A DNA stretch of 63,915 nucleotides, the filler included, from Octopus bimaculoides (lineage: Eukaryota): assembly GCF_001194135.2 (NCBI RefSeq). It is 4 parts of 4 records of this genome, joined end to end, with 100 filler letters (N's around TTAATTAATTAA, not from the genome) between each part and the next. Parts side by side here need not be neighbours in the genome. Positions count along the whole stretch, not along the records: positions 1 to 26,736 come from NC_069000.1; positions 26,837 to 37,640 come from NC_068986.1; 2 more parts are not named here. One strand, 5' to 3'. The notes under the pieces are model-generated. The model was given only the letters and a program-made list of their open reading frames with translations. It did not search any database and had not been told where the DNA came from. Position 1 is the stretch's first letter, and every line of letters starts with the position of its first letter. Below are positions 12,566 through 26,938 of this stretch, piece after piece. The position numbers and the translations under genes were made by a program.

Positions 12566-13019
12566 ACAGAAATGATATATGTTTATCCAATTACACATCT
12601 TGTAACAACACATCTAGAACATTCAATGAAGAATTCGAAAAATAGAGCACGCATACAACGGGAGAGAGTGAAAAAGAGGGGGAGAGAGAGGAAGTGAGCG
12701 AGAGAATGGGGAGAGTGGGAGTGAGAGAGAGACGTGCATAATTGAGGAAGCATAATTATGGTTAGCAGATGAATTAAATGTCATTGCATATTATATTGTA
12801 TTACATATAAAGATCTTATTAATTTGATGTAAGAAATGTATTTCTGATAGCTTTGATCAAAAAAAAAATCAAAATGATTGCGCTATTATAACGAGGCTAA
12901 AGATCATATTGATGCATCCAATTATATATCAGGATTTTATCATAGAAAACTTAATCTTGCTGTGTGAATATATCTGGTGAAAATCGTACTCAAACGGTTG
13001 AGAAGAAATCGCTCGACGT

Positions 13020-13570
13020 TATAGATGCATAGAGTAACGGGGAAATTAAACCATGTCGTCCGCTTCTGTACTGTTATGTATTCCTACCTCTTCTCCCCTT
13101 CCATTAATTATTTTAGGTGTCTATATAGTAAAAAAAAAAACAAAAGGCGAAAAATAATCCTCTCTACGTCGGTGCGCATGTCTATCTTGAACACGTTCAC
13201 AATCTATATCTCTCACCCTCTCTCTCTGGTACTTTCCGCGCGAGCACAAACACGTTATGTAAGTGGAAGGGGCGAAGTGTGAGGGAGAGACATGTGTTGT
13301 GTATAAGTTCAAGTATCAATACAGGTACCGTGATGTTTTATTCAATTTTACTTGAAAGGGATAAAACGGTGAGAGACATTCGGAATGCAAATAAAGAGAC
13401 TTTTAAAGAAACTTGAGAGTATCGTTATGAGAAAAATTGGATCTTTATCGGTAGGTTCCATTCATCCAGATAACTCAGAAAGGAAGTGATGAGGTTGTTC
13501 TTATATATGGCCTACGCCGTAGAGCAGACAATATACTGGCGCCATTTAGTCGGCGGCAGGAAAACTTTTA
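13020..13570. promoter_or_regulatory. Promoter-like unique region
   Basis: Relatively CpG-rich unique DNA with E2F-like TTTCCGCGCG, ETS-like AGGAAGTG, TATATA and reverse YY1-like GGCGCCATTT. No transcript evidence. Confidence 0.27.
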
Positions 13571-14696
13571 CATGTACTGAAGAGCGTTTCTAGATTACAT
13601 TATAGTGGCGTAGTTGTCCATTATGATGTTTGTGTCATATATTGGTTTATAATATTGGTGTATGACATGATTATACCTGTGATATAATATGCCACGGAGA
13701 TAATATAGGAGGAGGTAAATATGCCTACTGCACAGGAAGAGGGATTAAATAACCTACAATTGTGTTTATAGGGGCCGTTTTGTTTATTGGAGCAGCTACG
13801 AGGTTTTTTCAGCGTCAATATTTTAAAAGTCGTTAACAGAACTTAACTATGACAAAAATATAGAAATATAATAAAAATAGGAAGGAAACATCAGCAATAT
13901 ACAGTATAAGCATAAGGAAATATTCTGGTAATATTTTTTTTAAAACACTTTGCAATAGAAATAACATCAATGAAATTCGTGTGTGCGTGTGTGTGTTTGT
14001 GTGTAAGTACTGACACTCTAAAACGACAACATACATATCTGATATTTCTAGGTGTTTTTCGAGATATGTGTTAGAAACCGATCACATGTGGTTGAATACA
14101 AGATTGTCACCTGTGTCTCTATGTTGTGGAAATGATTCAAGAAATATCATCATAGATACTTTTATAGACAGGTGCAGAAACGGGCAAAAATACAGAAGCA
14201 TATACTACAAATATCTATGTACACACACATACATATTACTGGCATCCACAAGCATGCGCACTCATTAACTCATTTTTTCCTGGAGAATAATATTCAATTT
14301 AGTTTTACTTCAGCAAACCCTACCGTTATATTTGTTGCCATAAGTGTAAGTCTTCCAGTTAGACTTAATTAAATGCATTTTAGTACTTATCTCTCCAGTA
14401 CTTCATACCTCTTTATGGCTTAAGGCAGACACTCTAGCTATCGTAATTTCTGACTTATGGGAATGTTATAATTTATAGATCGTTCCTCAATGCTTGTCGA
14501 TTCCAATTTCTAGAAACTTGTATCAATCATTGGACGTGAACGTGCTAGGGTACCATCCTCAAGGACGTGAGCCGAAAAATTATTCTCAATGCTTTTTATT
14601 AACGTCGTAATTATTGTAGCGGTCTTTAGATAAAGCCCAATTATCCATAGGCCTGCATTGTAAAATAATAATAACAACAATAGTAATAATAATAAT

Positions 14697-14918
14697 GATT
14701 TTAAATTTTGTCACAAGGGAAGCCGTTTTTTTCTGGTTTTATGGGTGGGATGAATTGATTACATCGACTCCAGTACGCAACTGGTACTTAGTTTATCTAC
14801 CCTGGAAGAATGAAAGGTAAAGTGGACCTCGTCGGAATTTGAACTCAGTACGTAAAGTCGGACGAAATGCCGCTAATCATTTTAACCGGTGTGCTAACGA
14901 TTCTGAGATCACGCCGCC
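14697..14918 (-). mobile_element. SINE family A, full length, embedded in (AAT)n
   Basis: Head GGCGGCG...GAATCGTTAGCAC through tail CTTGTGACAAAATTT; (AAT)n tracts on both sides. Confidence 0.82.
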
Positions 14919-14949
14919 ATGATAATAATAATAATAATAATAATAATAA

Positions 14950-14986
<37 letters not shown>

Positions 14987-14987
14987 C

Positions 14988-15040
14988 ACTGGTACTTAAT
15001 TTATCGACTCCGCATGATGAAAGGCAAAGTCAACGTCGGA
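14988..15040 (-). mobile_element. SINE family A, internal fragment
   Basis: ACTGGTACTTAATTTATCGAC...GATGAAAGGCAAAGTC. Confidence 0.65.
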
Positions 15041-16254
15041 ATACTACTACTACTACTACTAGTAATAATAATAATAATAATTATTATTATTATTATAATA
15101 ACTGGAAGAAAATTAACTACAATAATAATCATTACAAAGACGATTATGATGTTACAGATGATGATGTTTTAGTATTTCTCTGTATTTCTTATGCAAGTAG
15201 GAATGTACGCACGTGTGTGTGTGTATGTGTGTCCGTTGTGTATGTGTTTTCGTTTGTGAGGGTGCGTTGGGGTGTTTCTATATGTGTGTGTGTGTGTGTG
15301 TTCGTGTGTTACGCGTGTTTTATATAATTTCCTCTGCCTATGTAGTTGTGTGGGTGCATATTAATTTCCCTACCTTACATGAGAGTTTTTACGCTTTATA
15401 AACAATTGCTTACTCCATTACTCTCCCTTCTCTCTTGCCATCGCTATCTCTTCGTTCTTCTTCCTTTATGCCTGCTTCTCTCTCTTTCTCTCTCTCTCTC
15501 TCTCTATGTGCTTCCTCTATCTGTCTCTTTCTCTCTCTCTGAATCATGCATGAAGAAGGAGAGAAGAAACGTTTTCACCTATTTATGAACATTATCTCCC
15601 AGTAACGGCAGCAGCTTTGTTCTATACTCGCTTCGACTTCAAAGCCAACATGTAAATAACGACCTTAACATTATGCCATTACATGCATAATTACAGAATT
15701 ATCTTCCCCTCATACGCGCAGACAAACACACATACACACACACACACACAAATAACCACAACTACACACACCTACATCTAAACATACATTCATACACACA
15801 CAGAATCACAAACTCAACCGTTCTTCATCTGATCTAAAACTAATCGCCATTATTGTATAATCTTTAATTTTATACATAACATCACGTCCGTTTGCCCGTT
15901 TCAAATTTTCAAAAGGTTTGTACATGTATTTCCACTTAACTCTCAGATTACATTACTAAAGGAATCTACGTAACGGACTGCAATCTGTCTCTTACTAATA
16001 CCATTTTGGTGGACAGTACATTACATGTAAGGTTCTTTGACCATGAGTATCCTATATTATTTATTAGCAGGGAATCATGTGCTATAAATCATACTCAATT
16101 GTATTTAACGTCTTTCGATTCAGCAACAGAAATGTTTCATCATAAAATATGTTCCAATGAATGTAACAGATTCTATCTATGATGTGATAATTTAGTTTAT
16201 GGTGACAATGCTTTCGCTTTGAGATAATTAACTTAACTGGTATTCGTCAGATAC

Positions 16255-16490
16255 AGCGGCAAATGTTCCAGTTGATCCGATCAGCGGAACAGCCTGATCG
16301 TGAAATTGACTGAGCGCACCACAGACACAAGTAATCTCGTCTTAGTTCGTAGGGAGATTTAGCGTGACAGAGGATGTAACAAGGCTGGCCTTTGAAATAG
16401 AGGTACACCTCTTTTTCGCCTGCTGAGTGGGCTGGAGAAACGTTAAACAAAGAATCGTGCTCAAGGACACAACGCACCAAATACTCTAGC
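16255..16490 (-). mobile_element. SINE family C (core + tail)
   Basis: GTTCCAGTTGATCCGATCAGCGGAACAGCCTG is the reverse complement of the tail at 17985-18015 and 52675-52705; GTGTCCTTGAGCA core. Confidence 0.72.
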
Positions 16491-16929
16491 CATCCCCATT
16501 GATATAACAGAGTGGCGAAGAAGCGTGGGAGTTTTTCGAGTGTCGGATGGATAGGAGCTGCCATATCAGTTCTGTAGAACTCTGACACAAGTTGAAAGCC
16601 AGTCATAATCAACAATAACTATCAAAGTGTCCAGATGTATATTGTCTTCAATCAAGGAGTCAAAATTAAATCGCTTTCTTCCATTGGTTTCTATCCTAAG
16701 GCAATATTAGAATTCTCAATCCTCATGGCAGTTAAACTTATCGAACGCTTCTGCGGTTTCACTTATAAGAAATCAATTCTTCTCTTCTCTCCCTCCCAGT
16801 ATTCTTACTACTCTGCTTGTTTGAGATACTTAACATAACAGGCTATGGATTTACATTGATTATCCTGTATCAATTGTAGAATTGTTCTCTTCTGTCACCG
16901 CGATGTATGTTTTACTGTTGTGTACCGTA

Positions 16930-17390
16930 CTCAGAATAGCTATACCAACAATTCATTTTGAAAGTATTGCTTGCTCTCAACAATAAGTAGTGGGAATACC
17001 ATACCATTATTGAGTGTTCTGTTAGTTTGCTGAGCAAAGTGCGCCCCGTGATGGAGTAACGTATTGTTTTCATTGTTTCCCAGCGTCAGTTCAGTTTTGT
17101 TAGGGTTCCCCATGCTGAAACCTGGTGTCAAGCAATAATGTTGTCTTTTTATATGATTCAGATTACGTGTTCAAATACATCCTCCTTACTATGTTTTAAA
17201 GATGTGTTAATGCATGAAATCCGGGATGTTGGATGGCTCTCACTATCAAATGATGTGACAACGTAGTTTTGTATTCCTTGACAAGAGAGTGGTGGATAAA
17301 ATAGTTTGTGGCGAAGGTGTTGAATATCCCTATATCACTCTGGCTCAAGAAGATTTCCGAGTAACTCTATTCAAACTGTGTAATTCTCTC
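16930..17390 (-). pseudogene. Possible highly decayed non-LTR retrotransposon ORF remnant
   Basis: Stop-interrupted minus-strand frames with weak RT-like fragments (ERITQF..EIFLS; NYFIHHSL). Not securely recognised. Confidence 0.2.
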
Positions 17391-17723
17391 ATTTACTAAA
17401 ACGTATCACGACTTAGATTACGCAATCAATTCATCCGGTTTTCTTTTTTTTTTTTTTTTTTTTTTTTTGAAACAGGAGGATCAAATTCGAATCCGTGTTT
17501 TCTTCTGTTGCGCATGTCGAATAATCACAGAAAAATCCTTTCTGACTCGTTTTCCCTCTCTATGTTTTTCTCTTGAACTCTCTCACTCACTATATTTGTC
17601 TTTCTCCCTCCCTTTCTGTCTTTCCTTCCGTCTTACTTTTCTTACTTCCTCCCTCTCTCTGTCAGCGATTTTACTGCGCATTTGAAATTAGAAATAACAT
17701 ACGTTGCAATATATACACGTTAT

Positions 17724-18044
17724 GAAGGCGCATGGCTTAGTGGTTAGAGCAGTCGGCTTCTGATCGTAAGGTCCTGAGTTCGATTCGTGGCTTTGTCTGG
17801 TGTCCTTGAAAAGACACTTTAGTACACGTTCCTCCAATCCACTCAGCTAACAAAAATGAGTTGTACCTATAATTCAAGGGACAGCCCTTGTCACATTCTG
17901 TGTTACGCTCAATGACCTCGAGATCTGCGTTAAGGAGACATATGTCTGAGAAGTGCACAGCCATTTCAACGTGAATTTCGGAGCAGGCCTTTCCCGCCGA
18001 TCGGATCAACTGAAACCGTCGTCGTCGTAACTGACGGAATGTCC
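17724..18044 (+). mobile_element. SINE family C, full length
   Basis: tRNA-like head with A box TGGCTTAGTGG and B box GAGTTCGATTC; CORE/Meta-like GTGTCCTTGAAAAGACACTTT...CCACTCAGCT...AAAATGAGT; hairpin tail shared with 52370 and 16255. Confidence 0.82.
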
Positions 18045-20143
18045 GTTATGTATACAAGTTATATTATCTTTCATAAATGCAAAATGCAGAAATTTCACGA
18101 CAGAGATTATGCTTCCAAATTAAATTAAATCGATAACCGAAATGAACCGTAGTGATGTTCGTGCATATCTATTCACATTCTACTCTTATTCCGCTATAAA
18201 GGAAACAAAATAGGATTGAACCAGGTTTGGAAATTCGCACGTGATTTCGACTCTTTGAATGTATAAACAATTCTCTACAAGCGTTAATCTAATAGAGTCT
18301 TACTGCATTAAGAAAGATGCAGTTTTTCTTTTTATAGTTGTATTGATGTATAGGGTGACAGCCATATTTCTGTGTAGAAACCAACTTCCATTTGTAAACA
18401 GCCATACGTCAATCTAATGCAAATATCGTAAAAATGAAAATCCTTCTCTTGGCAAACATCCATATAACGTAATTTCAGAATAGGTTATGTATTGCCAGTG
18501 TTTTCCAAGAGTATAGTTGAGAATTATTATTTCAAGACAACATATGACTTGGGATCTCATTTATTAGTTATAGAATCATAATTCCGTTGTGGAAGAACGG
18601 AGGTATTTTGGCGCCACATACTAAATGGATTAACAACTTTAAAATATCTGAAGCTTCAAGTACAATACTTATATTGTATTTGAAGGCGCAGCTATAGAGG
18701 CCAGAGAGCAGAATCTTATAGGAAAACCAGTGAATTATGGGAATAAAGAAAGATATAAATGGAAAATAAACGGAATAAATCAACAGGCGAAAACTACACG
18801 TAGTATTACACATTATTATAGAAGCATCGCAGATCCTCCAATACGTATATGTGTGTGTGCGTATGTGGGCGTGCGTGTGTTCGTGTCTGTGCATCTATGT
18901 GTGTTCGTGTGTGTCTGTGCGTTTTAAGATATAACATCAGCACAAATCTTCAAGAATCAAAAACGTGGAACTAGACATTATGATTGAACGTTTCAGCGTC
19001 TGAGAAAATAGCCTCAAATAGTAATTCGTCCTGTTAGTCATAGCTACCCCAAAAATTAAAGCAAATTTTATACACCGTACGAACTGTTGAAACTGCAGCC
19101 GAGGAATTTCAATTATAGTTTACCATAGTTTAACCAACATAAATGCAATTCAGCCCAAATGAACTCAATCCGATGGAAAATTGAAGTTGGTAAATTTTTG
19201 AATGATATGACATAAAATTTTAAAAGTGGGTACAACCGTCCCACACACACTTTTAGAAACCCGGGAAAACTAATCACCACCACTACTTCTTCTTAGAAAT
19301 TATGAAATTCGAAGTTTAAATGCATTGCGTATTTATCGTAGTATAATCAACGCAAATGATATTCTAGAGGGTACAGGAAGTGTTTAGTACTCATGAAAAT
19401 AACCTTGATTGGCGTTTTGTCTCCACATATTGAGTTCTAGAAATGAATAAATTTGAGGATATTGTTAATGAAACAAATATATTCAGAGACATTAGTTTCT
19501 ATATAGATATGTTGTGATATTCATGAAATTTCTCTTTCATATTAAAAAAAAAAAAACAAGAAATATTGTTATACGTTTTTCCACTGCTCTCTAATAAACA
19601 AACATCTTCCCTATAAAGTTGTATAAGGTATTTTTATCCTTATCTCTTGTGAAATACGTAGTTTTTGGAATAGCTTGCTCTAGCTACTAGCTTTTCTTTT
19701 ATTTCTCCAGGTCTCTGTAATATTCCTGTTCTCGTTTCATTCTTAATCAGTTATGATTCGTCCATCATATTTCTATTAATTCTTTGTTCCTTGCTTCCGT
19801 CTTCTTACAACTCCCTCTACATCCTGTTTATTAAGTTAATCTCTGAAAGATTCGCTGTCACAGATTTCATACACTACAACTTTATTTCTAGCCTTGTTTC
19901 AAAATGTGTTATTTCATCGAAAAGTGCACGTGTGTCTAGACATGTACATATGTGCAAGGGTATATAGCTGTACACAGATATTTTTGCTACGTCAGAGTAA
20001 ATATATAAATATTGAGGCATTGAATTAGGCTGCCTCATTAAATCAGGAGTTATTGAATAAAGTATAATTATGTTCATCATAAAGAAGATTATTATTTCGT
20101 TCGAAGTATTTGTCAGTGTATTAAGGAGTTTAAATTGTGTTCA

Positions 20144-20420
<277 letters not shown>

Positions 20421-20817
20421 TGATAATCAATTTTGAATCTTAAGAAGTACAGCTCGTTGTTAGAAAAGAAATCTCCCCAAGTAGTTTTATTAAATTTGAG
20501 CAAATTTTAATAACTTGTGCAAATCGGAAGAGTTAATATTAAAACGCTTTATTTAGCATTGGAATTTTTTCCATTCCATTCATTTCTATTTTATTAGGTA
20601 TTGCAAGGTTTTTCCCCTTCTCTTTCCATACTTTTCTGCTTTGCCATTTACGTCTGTAATAAATTGGTTGTAAATTTACACTTTTGCCAGAAGTAGATGC
20701 CATGCAGTAAACGATGGACGCTCAAGAAAACTGTTTGCTCTGCGAGAAATGGTAGAGAGATTACAACGTCCTTGAACATATCATCGTTATTATATGCAAA
20801 AGTGTGCTCATTAGATA

Positions 20818-20885
20818 CGGCCATGCTGGGGTAATGCCTTGAAGGTTTTAGTCGCAGAAATCGAGCATTTTATTTTTCTTTTCAA
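20818..20885 (-). mobile_element. SINE family B, tail fragment
   Basis: CGGCCATGCTGG...GCCTTGAAGGTTTTAGTCG is the reverse complement of the tail at 27150-27180. Confidence 0.55.
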
Positions 20886-21343
20886 CACAGGTATTTATAG
20901 TCTCTTTTCCTTCACCGTTAATTTCCGCGGCATAAACGAAAAAGAGATCAGTTGATATGTAGCATCGTTAACAAACACAAGATCACACGCATCATTGAGA
21001 TACACACACACGCACATCACGAGCTTACACATGTTTTCCGTGTACATACGTACATATACAGACACACGCACGTACGTACGTACGTACGTACACACATACA
21101 TACAGACATACATATAGAAAAAAATCAATCAAGTGATCCTCACATTAGAAATACAATCTGTAAGCGGACAGTAAACTATGCAAGACTTTCCTAAGGTTTA
21201 AAATGTGACATTGTTTTCGTTATCTACATTCCAAAGATGGCGGTCTGTATCTTTGTTAGAAACCAGTCCCTTCTTCAGAGAAAAATTTTAAAGGATTAAG
21301 TACAGAAAAGACATACATATATACATATATATATATATTCCAG

Positions 21344-21395
21344 AGGCTGTCACACTGGTCTATCGAATCTATTAAATTTATCAGCAAGGCTGCAG
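21344..21395 (+). CDS. Candidate 52-nt internal exon (coding status unknown)
   Basis: TTCCAG| acceptor and consensus CAG|GTAAGA donor. Two frames are open: GCHTGLSNLLNLSARLQ or RLSHWSIESIKFISKAA. Confidence 0.33.
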
Positions 21396-21972
21396 GTAAG
21401 AAAGTTTCCGCGCACAGGGCTCGATCACAGAAATCCTTTAGTTTAACAGACATGCTGTCTTAAAGAACATGCACTCTTATAATGTTGCACTTACCTTTGC
21501 CAGTTCACCTAGTCTTGCCTCAACTCATAGTGAATTATCATAAATAATTGCTTTTATAAAATATTAATGGACTTGTTTACCGTGTGACCGATATTTAATT
21601 ATGATGCGCTATCACTTCCATCGTGTTGTAACTTGACGAGTTTTGCCTTATCATCATTTACTTTATTATCTCCTCATATTTCTTTAGTGACACATTTTTC
21701 TCGTCAAATTCCCCTTCAAAAAACCCCTATCAGTGCCAACCCTGTCTTTCACCTGCCCCCCTCTTTTTCCTTCTTTCTTGTTTGCCATTCTTTCGCTTGT
21801 GTTATCGCTGATCATCTAGAACACTGAAATGCGCATCCAATATATCTCAGCCTCTCTTACGTGCAAGTTTATTTCTCTCTAAATTTCGTTTTCCTATCTA
21901 ACGAAAATCTTTTACACTCCATATGAGGACAAACAAAAGTATGTGTATGTATATATATATATATATATATAG

Positions 21973-22152
21973 GAATGTGAGAATTGCTATACAGAAGGAC
22001 AAACATAAACGCTATAAAACATTAAGTGAGAATACATACAAGGCGCCGACGTAGACTAAAGTACATACTTACTCCTTCTTTCCACTACAATTTAACACTT
22101 CTGAGCTTCCTCGTGGCGAACTCATCAGATTCAGATGAGGTGTTGAATGCTT
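21973..22152 (+). other. Candidate exon (non-coding if this acceptor is used)
   Basis: Donor |GTAAGT at 22153; acceptor uncertain. The distal part has an open frame, RIHTRRRRRLKYILTPSFHYNLTLLSFLVANSSDSDEVLNA. Confidence 0.22.
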
Positions 22153-22210
22153 GTAAGTAAAAACATATCGTATGAGAAATGACGAACAATAGATTGCATA
22201 CATTAATACA

Positions 22211-22285
22211 TAGGTGAAGGAGTGGCTGTGTTGTTAGAAGGTTACTTCCCAACCACATAGTTCCGGGTTCAGTCCCACTGCGCGG
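22211..22285 (+). mobile_element. SINE family B, head only
   Basis: GGAGTGGCTGTG...CCAACCACATAGTTCCGGGTTCAGTCCCACTGCG. Confidence 0.72.
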
Positions 22286-24676
22286 AACTGAGTTTGAACG
22301 TTAAAACTTAGTGCGCATGCACAGCAGTGTTCAAGATCAATCTTTGCCAAGCAGTTTTTAAACTGCGTGCTTTAGCTTCTTAACAGTCTCGATATTTATT
22401 GATCACACACACTATGATACGCAATGTATGTGTGCTATGTTTTTTTTTAAATTCTGTTTCATTTGTTATCGTATTTAGGTTTTGTCGCCAATATTTCGAA
22501 TTTAGTAGCATTGTATACAATTATTCCTGGAATATCATATTTTCAGTTAAGATATTCGCTACCATTCCTCTTACATCCCTAAGTGTCTTCTTTTCACATC
22601 TTCAATTCATCTCAAATATTTATTCATTTTAGTCCTTCATGTGTTTTAATCTTTAGTTTCATCGCTCCTTTAACACGTAGATCTCTATATTTGTTAAAAT
22701 TTTATTTAATCATATTAACATATTGCCCTTCAATTTTACAAATGTTAAACGTATTTCTTATTCAACTTAATCTGATCTATCGTTTTGGTTTTCTTTATCA
22801 ATCTACTCAATTCAATTGTGTCACATAATTAATTTTCGAAATATTATTTAACATTCCTTCTTAAATTACATAGTACACACACCGCATATGTTACCTTATG
22901 CGACATGTATCGCACCCTCACCAACCTATTCATTGCTTATCTTATTATTTTTTCACATTTTTAATTTCCGGTCTTGTATTTTGCATTCTTATTCTTATTT
23001 ACCCCTGCTTTATCTAAAATTAACCCTTTGAACACGTAAGGTGGATATATGTGCTCAAAATCAATGTAGTAATCTTTTAAAACCCCACGGATTTTGAAAA
23101 TCCACTCTTTATACCACGAGATGCGGAGACATCCCTCGGTCTTTTGTTCGCATATTTGATCAAATATTACTTTACAGAAGAAAGATTAAATAATTATAGT
23201 GGTAGATGTGAAAATCACACATACAGGAGATACTCAGAAAGTATTAAAGAATCGTGAAATATGAACTCTGTCGTTTGGTGGATAGTTAACACCATTATAC
23301 GAACGATCTTGATATTTATTTCAATAGGTTTAGACAGCTTGTGTGGCACCTCGGTATCCCCTAATTCTATTAGATATTTTCATAATATTACAATGAGCAT
23401 CGAACCTATCCAGATATCACATTTAATGTTAATTCATTTTTGATGCAAAGGGAAAGAACAACACTGGTATCTCCAGCACGTAAATACGAAGCGTTCTAAA
23501 TGGAGGGAAAACCTGCTAGGGCTTTAGAACATTCACATATACCATAGGCATCGTTTCATTTTGGTTTTGTTTCATGTCTTGGACAGCTCTCGGTCTTCCG
23601 AGCAACAACTATTTCTGTATACATTTATACGTTACACACATATATATCAGAAACACTGTGCGTTTTTTTTTATTTCCAAGTATAGAAGTATATGGTAAGG
23701 TATCCACATGCATATCCATATCAAGTAATACACATCCAGGGATTCACACGTCCATATCTGTATATATATATATATATGTGTTTACACATACGCTGAAATT
23801 ATTGATCGATTCTTAAATATGTTATAATCTTTAAGCCATCCATGCTTCCTTTCAACTAACACAATCTACGCATCTACAGCATTACGTCCCTTTATCGCGC
23901 AAATAAACGAAATTTTCACTCACGCCCAGAACTCTTATAATTTCTTATTCGTAGTCGACTTTATAATGCCAAGCTTTAACAACCACGACACAATAGTTCT
24001 CTAACAACTGCTAAATTCATTCACAATCTGCCACCATTTTGTTTTTCTTATCGACATGGATTCCTAATATTTTCTTTTTTTATTTTATTATTAATCGTCC
24101 GCGTAGCATTACACTGATAAAACAACATCATATTCCCTTTTTTTTTTTTTTGTATATTTCATAATATTGCCTTCTTACCTTCTTCAGCTTCTTTAAAAAT
24201 GTTTTATCTCTTCACCATTCGCCCCATTGTTGTTAGCCCGTATCTTCCTAGGTTCTTTCAGAAGCATATTTTATTATTTCATCAATTTCAATGAAATCCA
24301 TTGTTGTCGTCCGTTGCTTCTTCTATGCAATCCAACGGACTTTGTTTTCCAAAGAATTATTTTCTTCAACTTACTTTGTATTCTCAATCTTTTACACAAT
24401 GTATATGCGGCACATAGCTTTACAGGGAATATGTCTTTTCTTTTTATTGTATAATTTTACTTTATAATTTGCTTTACTGTTTAACTTAGTTACTTAGAAA
24501 GCTATACATTTTCCATCTGTCACATTTTATCTCTGTTTCTAGAACACGCATTTCTGTGCGTGCATGTAATCACACGTGCACACAAGCAAACACACACATG
24601 TATTCATACACATCGAATGTGTATATGTAAATACATTTATATAGACAAATAAAGCATATAAAACTAATACATTGAG

Positions 24677-24712
<36 letters not shown>

Positions 24713-24833
24713 TGTATGCATATATGTATATTTGCACATAGAGAGGGAGCGAGAGGCAGACTAGTAAGAGGCAGGGAGAGACATATATGCCAAGATGGCT
24801 GCATATGCATGTTGAGACTGTTTGGGGACACAG

Positions 24834-24913
<80 letters not shown>

Positions 24914-25305
24914 TCCGGTTTACAGTAATACAAAGTTCCTTATAATACGCTACGCTGCTGTCTTTTTCAGTATATGCAACAACAACTGTTAATTAAAGAC
25001 GTATGACTGCATCTGAGTAAATCTAACACACAACTGTAGAAAATTCCTGTATATTCTGTCAATGACATATAACATGTGGTAGTAAAATTCTTATGGCACG
25101 CAATGTCCTCTTTGAAAACCATACTGTATATAAAATGAGTGAGAATTAATATTGTTCAAACACTCAGAATTGCTGCAGCTATCGCGCATTAGGAAACAGA
25201 TAAACAGCAGAGTGCCATGTGAAAATCAAGTTTTGTATAAGCCTGGCGTTTTATTTCTTAATATTCCACGAACTTTTGCTGCATTTTGGCAATAATATGT
25301 TATAG

Positions 25306-25360
25306 ATGAATGTGCCAGATTATACAGCAGAACGCGTACTAAATATCTGCACTGCAGTGG
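25306..25360 (+). CDS. Candidate 55-nt internal exon
   Basis: TTATAG| acceptor, GG|GTAAGC donor. Open frames are MNVPDYTAERVLNICTAV or ECARLYSRTRTKYLHCS. Confidence 0.28.
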
Positions 25361-26061
25361 GTAAGCATTTTCTTGTTAGTTACATCCAATAGATACAGCA
25401 ATATGTGGGTACGTATCTGTATGTATGTACGTATATGTATATATATANNNNNNNNNNNNNNNNNNNNNNNNNNNNNNNNNNNNNNNNNNNNNNNNNNNNN
25501 NNNNNNNNNNNNNNNNNNNNNNNNNNNNNNNNNNNNNNNNNNNNNNNNNNNNNNNNNNNNNNNNNNNNNNNNNNNNNNNNNNNNNNNNNNNNNNNNNNNN
25601 NNNNNNNNNNNNNNNNNNNNNNNNNNNNNNNNNNNNNNNNNNNNNNNNNNNNNNNNNNNNNNNNNNNNNNNNNNNNNNNNNNNNNNNNNNNNNNNNNNNN
25701 NNNNNNNNNNNNNNNNNNNNNNNNNNNNNNNNNNNNNNNNNNNNNNNNNNNNNNNNNNNNNNNNNNNNNNNNNNNNNNNNNNNNNNNNNNNNNNNNNNNN
25801 NNNNNNNNNNNNNNNNNNNNNNNNNNNNNNNNNNNNNNNNNNNNNNNNNNNNNNNNNNNNNNNNNNNNNNNNNNNNNNNNNNNNNNNNNNNNNNNNNNNN
25901 NNNNNNNNNNNNNNNNNNNNNNNNNNNNNNNNNNNNNNNNNNNNNNNNNNNNNNNNNNNNNNNNNNNNNNNNNNNNNNNNNNNNNNNNNNNNNNNNNNNN
26001 NNNNNNNNNNNNNNNNNNNNNNNNNNNNNNNNNNNNNNNNNNNNNNNNNNNNNNNNNNNNN

Positions 26062-26117
<56 letters not shown>

Positions 26118-26653
26118 CGTGTGTGCGTTTTAATGAAAACCGCTTATATATGTAACAGTTTGAAGACATATTTATCCGTGCATATGTATAAAAACATGTG
26201 TGCGTATGTGTTCTAACATAGTCATAACTGGTGACACATTTTATTCTGTTATGTTTCATTTCAGTATGTCTTGCAATATTTGTCAATCTTAATCGTTTCA
26301 TCGTTCACTATATATATATTACCAATATATGGTAATGCCTACACAAATTGCGTTAATATTCTTTCAATTCGGTTAATGCATTCGTCTGGGAAATCAAATT
26401 GATGAAAATCTCCTCCTCAATTAATGAAACTCCATTGAAGCAATACAGTATTTAGCTGCATCCTTCATAGTATCTTTCTTATTCTCATTCAGCTTAGCGA
26501 TCGCTCCAATTTAGAGCACTCTGCGTTATTTTACCATTTCCTCATCATCTCACTGTAATACTATCTCTCTATCTATACGCACACAACTGCACGCATATAC
26601 ACATCCATCCATGTTTCTATACACATACGTATACATGTATATACATATATATA

Positions 26654-26736
<83 letters not shown>

Positions 26737-26836
26737 NNNNNNNNNNNNNNNNNNNNNNNNNNNNNNNNNNNNNNNNNNNNTTAATTAATTAANNNNNNNN
26801 NNNNNNNNNNNNNNNNNNNNNNNNNNNNNNNNNNNN
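26737..26836. other. Synthetic 100-bp scaffolding spacer (44 N + TTAATTAATTAA + 44 N)
   Basis: The identical 44+12+44 structure recurs at 37641 and 62690. The 12-mer places stops in all six frames. Confidence 0.95.
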
Positions 26837-26938
26837 CGAAACGTCAAAGACTTTCCGTATTCCCGAGCGTCATACTAATATATACTTTTGTTATTTACAC
26901 CACCTGTCCTCGTCTGTTGTTATTATTTGTATATTCTC

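Noticed and set aside
13708-13772. AGGAGG before an ATG (Shine-Dalgarno-like), giving MPTAQEEGLNNLQLCL*
   Set aside because: Eukaryotic context and a 16-codon ORF; chance.
22095-22130. Minus-strand CTGATGAG motif
   Set aside because: No GAAA or stem III downstream.
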